Shown here piece after piece: positions 8,889 through 18,551 of a DNA stretch of 64,000 nt (the stretch's first letter is position 1; the number at the start of each line of letters is the position of its first letter). Where the stretch lies: positions 93,523 through 157,522 of the forward strand of contig CAYYQK010000001.1 of NCBI GenBank assembly GCA_964473815.1, given 5' to 3'. A program made the translations under genes and the position numbers. The notes under the pieces were generated by a model. That model made no database searches. It had not been told where the DNA came from and was given only the letters and a program-made list of their open reading frames with translations. The stretch comes from an uncultured Candidatus Saccharibacteria bacterium (lineage in GTDB: Bacteria > Patescibacteriota > Doudnabacteria > UBA920).

Positions 8889-11003
8889 GTGAGCTACCGA
8901 ATACCTACTAGGCTCGAAGATCTAGATCTAAAAGCCATGAGCATAGCTCAGTTAGGTGAATATCTATTCGAGATCGATGCCATTCAGGCAAGACGGTTTC
9001 GTAAGCTGGCTGATGAGGTTCGGGAGATTGCTTTTGATCCCATTTTGAATCATCTCCTTGCTTGTCAAAAGATGGATGTTCTTCCGCAAAAAGATGCTGT
9101 CAGAGAAGTGATTGATGACGCACAAAACGGGCGCTCGTTTCACGATGGGCGTAAGTTACAATATCGACTAGATTCGTACGTAAGACCTGAAGAAATAGAG
9201 GAGAGCACAGAAGACGATATGAGAAGGAACGGAGCAGTATGGAAGAAGGTGTCTGGTATTGAAATTTCATCAAGTAACCAGCTCTTTCTTTTGGTGAAAC
9301 CTAAACATGAAGCAACGTTTGTGGAGTGGCTGGGCAAAACACCCAATGTGATCGTGAAGTCAACCGATTTCGTTAAGACTTGCGGTGGCTTCAAAAGTAC
9401 GGAACGCAACGTATGGTCACTTGCTCGGCGGGATGAGTTTTCAAAGGCCGTGCGAAACCAGCTTAATCCCAAAATTGGTCCCATCCAATTTAAATACTTT
9501 GATCACCCCATCGCCTTAGCGCGCGCTGTGGCGGATAAATTACTTAAGGAATTGCCCAGCGAAGTCCTGGCGAGACTCGAAGAAAGGCAGCAAGTATTTT
9601 CTGTCCCTGCGGTGAATAACGCCGTAGGTTTACCGCCGCATCCAGTGGCGCAACCAAAGGAGAAAGCAAAGATGATACGAACACACGAAGAAGTTTTAGA
9701 TCAGCTGCCGCGGTGGATCTTTGCGAAAGCAAAAGGTACCACTGGATGGCAGCTGGAGTTTGAGCGGTTGTGGAATTTCACCAGAGACCACGCTGACTTC
9801 GCTGGGGTGAATTTGGCGGAGTTTACTTCGGCCATGTTTCACGCCCTATGTCTTACGAGCAAAATGCCGAGCGATACAACCAAGCACCTAATATTCTATC
9901 TCATGGATGTTAATGGTTGGGGTCGGAAGGATAAGGACCTGGTGGTTAAAGCTCTTCATAACCGAGGTTTCCAGAGTGTCAATGAATCGATCCTCGAGCT
10001 CGCCATGAGTCAGTATGTTCCTTCGGAACTCGCCGTCGGGCGGGACTCGGAGAATTCAGAAAGGTCCGCTTCAGTTGAAGGTGATGCCGTATCGAACGAC
10101 TTTACTCGTCCGAAGGTGGAAGAATTTATGGTCGACCTCGATTCGATGGACTTCTCGTCGATGAAGCTTACCGAGATGGCGCGGGTATTTCTGACACCTA
10201 ACGGTGAACTGATCGAAAACTTCCACACCACCAAGGACTTGTTTGAGTACATCTCGGAGAAGCATCCGGGTATCAAACTTGGCAGCTTTACGTCCACCTT
10301 CTATGCTGTGGCTCGGAAGCAAAAGAGCCCGAACGGATCCAAACCCGAAACTGCGAAAGGGACTAAACCACAGACGCCGCGAGGGTCGAGATTTGATGAG
10401 GTGAAGTCTGACCAGGTGAAGGCTGGTGAAGGGTCGGTGCTGACCATCCACCAAATATTGCAGCAGTACATGAATCCGGATGGTTCTTATCCGGCATCGC
10501 ATCCGACTCGACTCGACTTCATAAAGCTGGTGAATCAGATCAATCCCGAGATCCAAAGAGTCACCATTCTAAATTCCTTGGCAGATTTTCGCAGAAAACT
10601 TCGGAATGGCCAGATTGTTATGGAGCAGAGATCGCCGGAGGTCGAGCCTGAATCGAGAATGGAGACCGGGGAGGAGTTGGAGCCTGGCGCCGAAACTCAG
10701 GAGGCATTCGATCCTTCGGAAGGGCTCGATAAAACTTTCGACGAAGAACCTGAACCGGATCAGTCTGCCAACGAAGAGGCCTCTGCAACGCCAGCAATCA
10801 TCGCTCCTGAGCGAGAAATCGTTCCTGAGCCGATCAAGGCGGTGGAAAGCAGTGATGGCGGATCTGAACTGGAGAGGCTTAAGGCCAAGATCGCTGCGGG
10901 ACGGGATGTGTACGACTTTCTCGGGAATCATCCGGAGTTCCTCGAGATGTACGTTCGGTTCAAAGCAACGCATCCAAATGTAAGTCTGTTCGAAGAGAAC
11001 TGA
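8889..11003 (+). CDS. Hypothetical 704-aa soluble protein with an acidic C-terminal region; GC-rich foreign-looking gene
   Basis: GTG start with a consensus SD. GC clearly higher (about 53%) than flanks, producing several long antisense ORFs. No TM helices. Acidic tract EPESRMETGEELEPGAETQEAFDPSEGLDKTFDEEPEPDQSANEE. No recognisable family. Confidence 0.6.
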   Translation: MSYRIPTRLEDLDLKAMSIAQLGEYLFEIDAIQARRFRKLADEVREIAFDPILNHLLACQKMDVLPQKDAVREVIDDAQNGRSFHDGRKLQYRLDSYVRPEEIEESTEDDMRRNGAVWKKVSGIEISSSNQLFLLVKPKHEATFVEWLGKTPNVIVKSTDFVKTCGGFKSTERNVWSLARRDEFSKAVRNQLNPKIGPIQFKYFDHPIALARAVADKLLKELPSEVLARLEERQQVFSVPAVNNAVGLPPHPVAQPKEKAKMIRTHEEVLDQLPRWIFAKAKGTTGWQLEFERLWNFTRDHADFAGVNLAEFTSAMFHALCLTSKMPSDTTKHLIFYLMDVNGWGRKDKDLVVKALHNRGFQSVNESILELAMSQYVPSELAVGRDSENSERSASVEGDAVSNDFTRPKVEEFMVDLDSMDFSSMKLTEMARVFLTPNGELIENFHTTKDLFEYISEKHPGIKLGSFTSTFYAVARKQKSPNGSKPETAKGTKPQTPRGSRFDEVKSDQVKAGEGSVLTIHQILQQYMNPDGSYPASHPTRLDFIKLVNQINPEIQRVTILNSLADFRRKLRNGQIVMEQRSPEVEPESRMETGEELEPGAETQEAFDPSEGLDKTFDEEPEPDQSANEEASATPAIIAPEREIVPEPIKAVESSDGGSELERLKAKIAAGRDVYDFLGNHPEFLEMYVRFKATHPNVSLFEEN

Positions 11004-11029
11004 CTGTAGTTCACGCACTTCACACGCTA

Positions 11030-11073
11030 AAACGGGTACAGGAGCAAACGCTCTTGTACCCGTTTATTTTTTT
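11030..11073. terminator. Bidirectional intrinsic terminator between convergent genes
   Basis: 16-bp stem aaacgggtacaggagc / gctcttgtacccgttt with one G-U pair, followed by a TTTTTTT run. Confidence 0.6.
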
Positions 11074-12889
11074 ATTTATCTAAGTCGCTTTTTTTGATGA
11101 AGTCCGTTGGCATTTCAATAGTTTTGACTGTGCCAATATTTTTGGATTCAGTTTCAATTTTGAGTTCCGCATCAAAATTTAGTTGCTTGATTACTTCCAT
11201 GGCGATTTTGTAAAAATCATCTTCGATTTTTGAGTCTTCCTGCTTGATAGTTGATTCACTTGTGCCAGGTTGATTCGCGAATTCTGCCGGGATTCCTTTT
11301 TCCGTAAGCGCAACTTCGCCTGATTTCATTCCGGCCGTGGCTTGACCAAGACAAAATTCAATTTTATAACTTTGCGGTGAGACCTGAGTGTACCAATAAG
11401 TGTTGTAATAATCAGTACAAGTTCCATCGGGTGGAGTAGGGGAAGCGGGATACTTTTGTATAAAGCCGGCCTCTATCACTCCTACAGGCTGTCCGTCTTT
11501 TGCTTCTGGATAATGACCATTTGCTTCATAGTATAACTCGACTGCGGACGAAATACTTCTGGCATCTGAGACGCGACGTGCGTCGCGAGCCTTGGCATCT
11601 GTATTTTTTATTTGGTCTTTTGGATTTAGAATTCCCGGTTTGTTAATTGCATCTTGAAATGCTTGTAAAGTTTTTGATACAGAAATAGCATTCAATGTTA
11701 GCTGGCTCTTATACATTTTATGGTTTGTCACACCAACCCAAATTTCATAATTTTTAAATTCAATTTTATCTACGATTGCGTTAGCAATATCTTTGGATTG
11801 CTGCTTAAATTTGCTGTCCGCTAAACTTCCTTCATCAATAGAGTCTTCAACATACTTATGAAATCTGTCTTTGTTAAGAGCTAAAGAATAATGCGCAACT
11901 ACATGACCGTCTATGTATGTGAGTCCATCCAATTGCTTTATATCAAACAAGCGATTTTCTTTGAGCAGTTTGACTGTACCAACATCGCGTGAATCGTAAA
12001 ACGCAGATTTAATATCACTACGGATAGTATCGATGTCTTTTTTGTCGGTAGATTTAATCCACTTCCCTTTGCCTGGAGCAACTTCATGGCTTCCTAAAAT
12101 GGCATCAACAGTTTTTTGGATATTGTCGTTATAGTCAAATTTTCCAAAAGCTTCACTGTCATTAAGCTTTATGTCAACATTGCCGGAATATTCTTTGGCA
12201 TCGTTTGTGAGAGAGAGATCTACGTGAGTATCGGTTTGTGGTGCATCTTCATCTTTTACATTCAAATAAGCATTCACATTCCCGGCGATAGTTAAATCGG
12301 AGATTTTAAATGAATACTGGCTATCGTATTGATTGAGCTCTTCGTCTGTAAAAATACCAAACGCTTTAGCAAAATTTGAAGGCTTAAACTGATAACTCCC
12401 AGAATCAGTGTATGTAATACTTAGCTTACTATCTTGAGTTTCCTTTAAACTGCTATCTACCATTTGCACCCAAACTTTGTTTTGGAAATCTTCACCCATC
12501 GAAGTCTTGCCCATTCCATAAACAACATAGGCCGAGGCTATAAGAGCAATTACTACCAAAATCAAAACACCAGGAATAATGAGAATTAGTTTTGAATGAA
12601 GAAAACGGCTAAAAAACGATCTGGCTGGTGGTGGGGGTGGTGTCGATGATGTAGGGGGAGCGGGCGGGGTTGGAGTTGGTGGAGCGGGTGGAGTTGGCGG
12701 TGGCGGTGTCGGAGGAGTGGAAGGCATGGGCTTCAACGGAGCCGGTGGCGGTGTCGGTGGCGGTGTCGGTGATTTAGATGCGGGCGCAGCGACACTCGCT
12801 GGTTTAAATGCAGAGCTTGGAATCGGTGGTGCGAGCGGCACCGATGGTTTTGGTTGCTGCATTTTAGGATCCAAGTTTTGATTTTCCAT
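11072..12889 (-). CDS. Membrane protein with a Pro-rich N-terminus, one TM helix and a C-terminal pseudopilin (GspG-like) motif
   Basis: Start set at internal ATG 12889 (MENQNLDPK) because the longer ORF overlaps msrA. PTPPP repeats; TM LILIIPGVLILVVIALIASAYVVY. C-terminal motif DARRVSDARSISSAVELYYEANGHYPEA resembles type II secretion pseudopilin cores. Confidence 0.55.
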   Translation of the reverse strand: MENQNLDPKMQQPKPSVPLAPPIPSSAFKPASVAAPASKSPTPPPTPPPAPLKPMPSTPPTPPPPTPPAPPTPTPPAPPTSSTPPPPPARSFFSRFLHSKLILIIPGVLILVVIALIASAYVVYGMGKTSMGEDFQNKVWVQMVDSSLKETQDSKLSITYTDSGSYQFKPSNFAKAFGIFTDEELNQYDSQYSFKISDLTIAGNVNAYLNVKDEDAPQTDTHVDLSLTNDAKEYSGNVDIKLNDSEAFGKFDYNDNIQKTVDAILGSHEVAPGKGKWIKSTDKKDIDTIRSDIKSAFYDSRDVGTVKLLKENRLFDIKQLDGLTYIDGHVVAHYSLALNKDRFHKYVEDSIDEGSLADSKFKQQSKDIANAIVDKIEFKNYEIWVGVTNHKMYKSQLTLNAISVSKTLQAFQDAINKPGILNPKDQIKNTDAKARDARRVSDARSISSAVELYYEANGHYPEAKDGQPVGVIEAGFIQKYPASPTPPDGTCTDYYNTYWYTQVSPQSYKIEFCLGQATAGMKSGEVALTEKGIPAEFANQPGTSESTIKQEDSKIEDDFYKIAMEVIKQLNFDAELKIETESKNIGTVKTIEMPTDFIKKSDLDK

Positions 12890-12940
12890 TTTTTGTTTCT
12901 TAGAAAGTCTTTTCTTAATTATATATGATATAATCGGTTC

Positions 12941-13492
12941 ATGGAAAGTTATCCACAGAAAAATGAAATTGCTGTTTTTGCGGGTGGATGTTTTTGGTGT
13001 ACCGAAGCAATCTTTCAAAAATTGCGTGGTGTTGCCAGTGTGGTGCCAGGGTATGCTGGTGGGACCGTTGAAACCGCTAATTACGAGCAAGTATCCTCTG
13101 GTCGAACCGGGCATGCGGAGAGTATTCGGTTTGAATTTGATCCACAAAAAATTTCCTACCGCGATTTACTCGAAGTCTTTTTTGCTACTCATGATCCGAC
13201 TACTTTAAATCGGCAGGGAAATGATATTGGGCCACAATACCGATCGACAATTTTTTATGCCAATGATCAACAAAAGGGCGAGGCGGAAAAAATTATTAAA
13301 GAACTCACGGATGAGCGGGCTTTTACTGATCCGGTCGTGACAACCTTAGAGCCATTAAATGAATTTTATGAGGCTGAGGACTATCACAAGAATTATTATG
13401 AAAGAAACCAAGGGCAACCGTATTGTCAGGTTGTAATTAATCCGAAGATAAAAAAGTTTAAAGAAAAGTTTGCATCATTAATACAAGAATAA
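12941..13492 (+). CDS. msrA: Peptide methionine-S-sulfoxide reductase MsrA
   Basis: Catalytic GCFWC motif ([15 protein letters not shown]) and conserved YHQ/NYY regions. Confidence 0.85.
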   Translation: MESYPQKNEIAVFAGGCFWCTEAIFQKLRGVASVVPGYAGGTVETANYEQVSSGRTGHAESIRFEFDPQKISYRDLLEVFFATHDPTTLNRQGNDIGPQYRSTIFYANDQQKGEAEKIIKELTDERAFTDPVVTTLEPLNEFYEAEDYHKNYYERNQGQPYCQVVINPKIKKFKEKFASLIQE

Positions 13493-13493
13493 T

Positions 13494-13898
13494 ATGGACG
13501 ATCAAGAAAAAATTATAAAAACCGAAGAAGAGTGGAAAAAGGATTTAACCCCAGAGCAATATGCGGTGTTGCGCGAAAAGGGCACAGAGCCCGCTTTTAC
13601 GGGGACGTATGTAGATAATCACGGCCATGGCGTGTACCGATGTGCGGCTTGCGGTCAGCAATTGTTTAGCTCCGAAACAAAATTTGACTCGGGCAGTGGT
13701 TGGCCATCTTTTACTGATCCGATGAATTTGGAACACGTAGAATTAAAAGATGATAGTAGTTTTGGGATGCATCGAACCGAAGTTATTTGCAAGCGGTGTG
13801 GCTCACATTTAGGCCATGTGTTTGACGATGGACCCCAAGACAAAGGCGGTAAGCGCTATTGCATCAATTCTTGTGCATTAAATTTCGAGAAAAGATAA
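13494..13898 (+). CDS. msrB: Peptide methionine-R-sulfoxide reductase MsrB
   Basis: Zinc CxxC pairs (CAACGQ...[12 protein letters not shown]) and an RYCINS active-site motif. Immediately follows msrA. Confidence 0.85.
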   Translation: MDDQEKIIKTEEEWKKDLTPEQYAVLREKGTEPAFTGTYVDNHGHGVYRCAACGQQLFSSETKFDSGSGWPSFTDPMNLEHVELKDDSSFGMHRTEVICKRCGSHLGHVFDDGPQDKGGKRYCINSCALNFEKR

Positions 13899-13951
13899 TT
13901 TTCCAAAATGAAAAGGGCTGCAGCGGAGAGCGTATGATATAATAAATCTCT

Positions 13952-14302
13952 ATGAATGATTTACAAGAAGTTTTTAATCGTATTCGCGAAACGCGAAACA
14001 AAGCCAAAGAGATTCGTAAGATGTATAAAGATACTTTGATTGCGCATCAGGAGTATCAGGAGGTTGTAGAAAAATTAGACAATTTGAAGATTCGCAAAAA
14101 ACAAATTGAAACGGAAATTAAAGACGACCAGATGGCGGATTTCCAAAAACTCGATGCATACAAAATGCACGTCAAAAACGATACGGAAATGTTGTCTGAT
14201 TTGGCGCTAAATAAATTAGTTTCTGGCGAAACAGTTGAAGTAGTTGATGAAGCCGGGGATAAATACGAACCCTTGTTCACAGTGAAATTTAAAAAGGCTT
14301 AA
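13952..14302 (+). CDS. Hypothetical coiled-coil protein
   Basis: Charged heptad-like sequence with no recognisable motif. Its stop overlaps the next ORF. Confidence 0.4.
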   Translation: MNDLQEVFNRIRETRNKAKEIRKMYKDTLIAHQEYQEVVEKLDNLKIRKKQIETEIKDDQMADFQKLDAYKMHVKNDTEMLSDLALNKLVSGETVEVVDEAGDKYEPLFTVKFKKA

Positions 14303-14658
14303 TGGAATTAGTAAAACAGCGCAGTTTGCAACAACTGCGCTTATTAATTAGACGATGCGAAACGGAGAGCGCGGCAGTAGTTGGCAAAAAGCCAACGTCC
14401 TTACGATTGAAACCAATGAAGTCGCAGTGGGGAAGCTGTAATAGTCAGGGGATAATTGCGATTAACACACGATTGATGTATTTGCCAGAGCGCTTGGTGG
14501 GATACATTGTACATCACGAAGTGGTGCATTTAAAAATCCACCGCCACGATCGAAAGTTTCGTGAGGCGGTGGAAATATTGTTTCCTGATCGGTTGGAGCT
14601 AGATAAACAATTACATGCAGCAGCGGGAATTTTGCGTATTAAGTTAACTACTGACTAA
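14302..14658 (+). CDS. YgjP/DUF45-like zinc metallopeptidase-fold protein (short form)
   Basis: WGSC....HHEVVHLKIHRHDRKF matches the DUF45/YgjP signature (WGSC...HELxHL..xNHS). Confidence 0.5.
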   Translation: MELVKQRSLQQLRLLIRRCETESAAVVGKKPTSLRLKPMKSQWGSCNSQGIIAINTRLMYLPERLVGYIVHHEVVHLKIHRHDRKFREAVEILFPDRLELDKQLHAAAGILRIKLTTD

Positions 14659-15154
14659 CTGAGAACATCGTCATAATTGGAATGTTGTTGCTTTTAACTG
14701 GCATGTCTGTGGCGGCATTAAATTTTTTGTCGCCGTTATCTTCGTGCAGCATGGCAATATATTTACCGCCGGCTACAATAGGGACATTAATTTCCAAATC
14801 TTGTTTCGGCCCAACAGTTAAGTAACCACTTGCGCCAATTATTTTTCCAGGTTGGCCTTTGCTGTCTACTTCGTGAATTGCGATGAAGCCAGGTTTTTCG
14901 AGGAAGGCGTTGTCAATTGTGATGCTACTGCCAGGAGTTTGTTCACTGACGGCAACGGTAGCAGAAGTTGGTTGGCCAGAATTATCCGGTTTGTCATTAG
15001 GAACATCACCAGTGAATTCGTTGGTGTTCGAATTTGTGCTAGAAGTTTGGTTAGTATTTTCCGGGGCTGCTGCTTTGTGGTTCCTCATATATAGATAGAG
15101 TCCACCGAGAATAACAATGGCGGCCACAGCAATGATCAAATATTTTTGTTTCAT
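14648..15154 (-). CDS. Hypothetical secreted/membrane-anchored protein
   Basis: N-terminal TM/signal IIAVAAIVILGGLYLYM. Low-complexity S/T/N linker followed by a globular C-terminal domain. Confidence 0.5.
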   Translation of the reverse strand: MKQKYLIIAVAAIVILGGLYLYMRNHKAAAPENTNQTSSTNSNTNEFTGDVPNDKPDNSGQPTSATVAVSEQTPGSSITIDNAFLEKPGFIAIHEVDSKGQPGKIIGASGYLTVGPKQDLEINVPIVAGGKYIAMLHEDNGDKKFNAATDMPVKSNNIPIMTMFSVSQ

Positions 15155-15289
15155 CTTTGAAGCTTAATTACGTGATAATTATAACATGAAATATCAAAAT
15201 AATAGGGAATTTGAGCTATATTGACAAATAGCTCAGATTTTGGTATAATATGGAAAAGTTCTAAAATACATTTGGTAGGGGGTATTCTA

Positions 15290-15703
15290 ATGACAGTACT
15301 AAGCGTAGCTTATGAAGCGCCGTTTCGCCTAGAGGGTTTGCCCATCGACGACGAGGTTCGTCAAAGCGTTCAGGATGGCACGTTTATTTGTCCTCGTTGT
15401 TCATCCGAAAACATCAATTGTGGATGTTATTCCGCAATGGATATATTGGATGATCTCGGCGTTGATAAGTTTACGTTTAAACAGGCGTATACCTTTGGAC
15501 GGCGCGGCTTTAATCCGCTAACTAGCTCGGTGATGTTCAAGGGCAAGTTCGTTGCCTCGCGGAAGGATCCGAATGATCCCGAGAGCGATGTAATGTTCGC
15601 TGTTCTTGAACCATTCCGGGTGAGCGGCATAGGCTTCCGTGCTGTAGCTTTGCCTGAGGTTGAGCAGATCATTCTGCGCGGCCTCGCGACTAAGCTTTGC
15701 TGA
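15290..15703 (+). CDS. Hypothetical Cys-rich small protein; GC-rich singleton
   Basis: ATG at 15290 preceded by GGGGG. CPRCSSENINCGC motif. GC about 50%. Followed by a terminator hairpin. Confidence 0.45.
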   Translation: MTVLSVAYEAPFRLEGLPIDDEVRQSVQDGTFICPRCSSENINCGCYSAMDILDDLGVDKFTFKQAYTFGRRGFNPLTSSVMFKGKFVASRKDPNDPESDVMFAVLEPFRVSGIGFRAVALPEVEQIILRGLATKLC

Positions 15704-15726
15704 AATCAGCCAGCGCACTTAAAAAC

Positions 15727-15760
15727 AAAGGGCGGAGTCACAACAGACTTCGCCTTTTTT
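15727..15760 (+). terminator. Rho-independent terminator
   Basis: Stem ggcggagtc / gacttcgcc, loop acaaca, then TTTTTT. Confidence 0.6.
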
Positions 15761-15778
15761 CTATGCTAAAATACCTGT

Positions 15779-16879
15779 ATGTTAATAGGAATTGAGGCAG
15801 AACGGGCCAATAATACTCAGAAAACCGGAGTTGAGCATTATGCCAAAGAATTGATTTTACAGTTGGCCAAAATCGATTCGCAGAATGAATATACTTTATA
15901 TTTACGAACACAACCACAGGAGTGGTTTTTGAAATTGCCGCAAAATTTTCAAGTTAAAGTAATGCCATTCCCAATTTTTTGGACGCAATTGCGGTTAAGT
16001 TGGGAAATGTTGTGGCATAAGCCTGATGTATTGTTTGTGCCTGCATCGACGTTGCCATTGGTGCATCCACGAAGTGTTTACACAGAACATGATGTTGCCT
16101 GGATTTATTATCCGGAGATTTTTACTTTATGGATGCGTTGGTTCCACAAGGTATTTAGTTGGTTGGCGCGAACTGGTGCAACAAAAATTATTTCTATTTC
16201 AGAAGCCACAAAAAAAGATTTAATTTCAAATTATGGTGTACCGGCAGAAAAAATTGCCGTCGTGCCGCATGGCTACACAGTGACTGAAAACATGTCGAAT
16301 GAATTAAGTGCCGAGGTTGCTAGTAAGTTACCACAGAAATATGTGCTGTTTCTGTCGACCTTGCAGCCGCGTAAAAATATCGAGCGCCTAATAGACGCAT
16401 TCCGCCAGTTAAAAATCGAACATCTGGAATTGCCACATAAATTAGTAATAGTGGGAAAGCCGGGTTGGAAATTTCAGAATATTTTGAAAAAGATAGAGGA
16501 GAATAAGGATATTGTTGTTTTTCTGGGTCATGTATCTGACAATGACCGCTGGCCGATATTCCGCAAAGCGGATATGTATATCAACCCCAGTTTGTATGAA
16601 GGATTTGGCATGCCTCTTCTTGAAAGCTTTGAATGTGACTGTCCTGCAGCAGTTTCAAATAATTCCAGTTTGCCAGAAGTTGGCGGGGACGCAGCAGAGT
16701 ATTTTGACCCAACTTCAACTGATCAAATAAAAGAAGCAATGTGGAAAATTTTAAGTAATGAATCATTGCGTAAGGAAATGATTGCAAGGGGTCGCCAGCA
16801 ACTCGCAAATTATAGCTGGGACAAATGCGCACGCGAGACACTTAAAGTTTTAGAGGGAGCAGGAAAAACTAATGAATAA
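15779..16879 (+). CDS. Glycosyltransferase family 1 (GT4-like)
   Basis: C-terminal EGFGMPLLESFECDCPAAVSNNSSLPEVGGDAAEYFDP, the GT1 nucleotide-sugar binding signature. Confidence 0.8.
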   Translation: MLIGIEAERANNTQKTGVEHYAKELILQLAKIDSQNEYTLYLRTQPQEWFLKLPQNFQVKVMPFPIFWTQLRLSWEMLWHKPDVLFVPASTLPLVHPRSVYTEHDVAWIYYPEIFTLWMRWFHKVFSWLARTGATKIISISEATKKDLISNYGVPAEKIAVVPHGYTVTENMSNELSAEVASKLPQKYVLFLSTLQPRKNIERLIDAFRQLKIEHLELPHKLVIVGKPGWKFQNILKKIEENKDIVVFLGHVSDNDRWPIFRKADMYINPSLYEGFGMPLLESFECDCPAAVSNNSSLPEVGGDAAEYFDPTSTDQIKEAMWKILSNESLRKEMIARGRQQLANYSWDKCARETLKVLEGAGKTNE

Positions 16880-18536
16880 ATTTAAATTTAAAACTCAACA
16901 ATTAATTTGGCTAATTGTTTTCTGGCAGTTTATAAGCGTTGGCTTGATGGCAGTCGGTGTTTGGCCTGCGAATGTCGCCTTAGTAAACAGTGTTTTGTTG
17001 GGTTTGTTTATTTTGTTTGCCAAACCGTACCAAAGCGTATTGTTGTTAGTGTTATCAATTCCATTTTATATAATCCTTCCTAATACTGTTGTTGCCAATT
17101 TGCCAATGTGGCGTCCGCTGTTTGTAGAATTATTTGCGGTGTGGTTTGTTCATTTATTGATTGCCCAGCGCGCGTGGTTGCAAAGATTGTTTACAATTCA
17201 GCGGTGGACCAATGATGAACCACTGACCGGAACAAAACTCAAAGAAATCGTTATTAATTCCCTTAAACGAATAGACAGTCGGTTTATGCCGTGGGATAAA
17301 GTCGCAGTTCTATTTATTGTATTAGCGGCTTTGTCTTTGCTGATTGCCCGTTTCCCTGGTCATGGCGCGAAACAAATTCTGTTTTTGCTGAATGTTTATT
17401 TGTTATACATAGTTGTCATCAATGTTGTTACCGATCGTGACAAGCTAAAAGAGTTGATCCGCTACACCCTGGTTTCTCTGGGAATTATGGTAGCACTGGG
17501 GTATATCCAATACATTGGTACTATGTTTTCTCAGCCATATTACTTTTGGCAATATTGGGCCGTAATGGTTTCTAACTTGTATTACGGAACGCCGCTGGCG
17601 AATGTTTTGGTTTACTCGAATTCATGGTTTTCATATTCCGGTGGTTCACAGGCTTTGCGTATGTTCGGCATTTTGCCAGACACTCACGCCTTTGGAGTAG
17701 TCTGCATCTTTGCATTAGCATTTTTAGCACCGTATTTAAAAAGTTGGCGCAAAAATAAATGGTACTTGGTAGTGGCAATCGTACTGGTCGCTTTTGCGAT
17801 TATGGCAGATGGTACGCGCGGGGTGTGGATCGCGATGCTGGCGCCACTGCTTTTGACTTTGCTTTTCATTGGTAAAAAATTATTTGTTAATTTTTCTAAG
17901 GCGTTACTGGGTGTTTATTTTGTTGTGATCATCTTGTTTGCATTGTCTCCATTTATTTCGCAAGGACTAAACTTCATTCGGACATACGATGTGAATGATG
18001 ATTTTCTTTCTCGAGCAGGCAGCATTTATGATTTAAACGAAAGCTCTAATGCCGGACGCCTTGAAATTTGGAAAAGTAGTGTTAAATATGCTGCGCTCCA
18101 TCCATTTGGGGTTGGTTACGGAAACTTCATTGTCTCGTTTATTGATCGCATTCCAGAACGAATGACCTATGAACAATTAGCTGACCAAAAAAACTTGCGA
18201 TATAATTTGCCCGCTGGTTTTGTGACTGCTCACAGTTTGTATTTGCAACTTTTGGTTGAATTGGGCTTTGCTGGCTTGCTGGCATTCATCTTATTTTGGT
18301 GGGAATATTTTGAAAGACTATTCCAATTTTTAAGCTCACACTTAGCCGAAGACTCATATTACAGCAATTTAGTCATTAGTTTGGCGATGGCTTTCTTGTG
18401 GCTTTTGGCTTATGGCGTCTTTGACTTAACCATCCTTAATGATAGGGTATTGCAGTATTTATTCCTCTCATTAGCCATTAGTGGATTGCTTTTTGCAAAA
18501 TACGACAGTTTAAATGATATAATAGTAGAAGACTAA
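16872..18536 (+). CDS. O-antigen ligase/polymerase (Wzy_C)-like polytopic membrane protein
   Basis: At least 10 TM helices and a large loop with TAHSLYLQLLVELGFAGLLAF, which matches the O-antigen ligase motif. Overlaps the GT1 gene. Confidence 0.6.
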   Translation: MNKFKFKTQQLIWLIVFWQFISVGLMAVGVWPANVALVNSVLLGLFILFAKPYQSVLLLVLSIPFYIILPNTVVANLPMWRPLFVELFAVWFVHLLIAQRAWLQRLFTIQRWTNDEPLTGTKLKEIVINSLKRIDSRFMPWDKVAVLFIVLAALSLLIARFPGHGAKQILFLLNVYLLYIVVINVVTDRDKLKELIRYTLVSLGIMVALGYIQYIGTMFSQPYYFWQYWAVMVSNLYYGTPLANVLVYSNSWFSYSGGSQALRMFGILPDTHAFGVVCIFALAFLAPYLKSWRKNKWYLVVAIVLVAFAIMADGTRGVWIAMLAPLLLTLLFIGKKLFVNFSKALLGVYFVVIILFALSPFISQGLNFIRTYDVNDDFLSRAGSIYDLNESSNAGRLEIWKSSVKYAALHPFGVGYGNFIVSFIDRIPERMTYEQLADQKNLRYNLPAGFVTAHSLYLQLLVELGFAGLLAFILFWWEYFERLFQFLSSHLAEDSYYSNLVISLAMAFLWLLAYGVFDLTILNDRVLQYLFLSLAISGLLFAKYDSLNDIIVED

Positions 18537-18551
18537 ATTTAGAAAAACTTT

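Noticed and set aside
9140-11018. Several 60-160-aa ORFs on both strands inside the 8889-11003 gene (9140..9484-, 9544..9732-, 10010..10297-, 10071..10556-, 10569..11018-, 10606..10983+)
   Set aside because: They are by-products of the elevated GC, which removes stop codons, on a single long coherent ORF. None has start signals or protein-like composition.
12600-12800. Short GGTGG/CCACC-type tandem repeats
   Set aside because: They lie inside a coding region and encode the PTPPP low-complexity tract of the 11072..12889 protein. They are not CRISPR repeats or a non-coding microsatellite.
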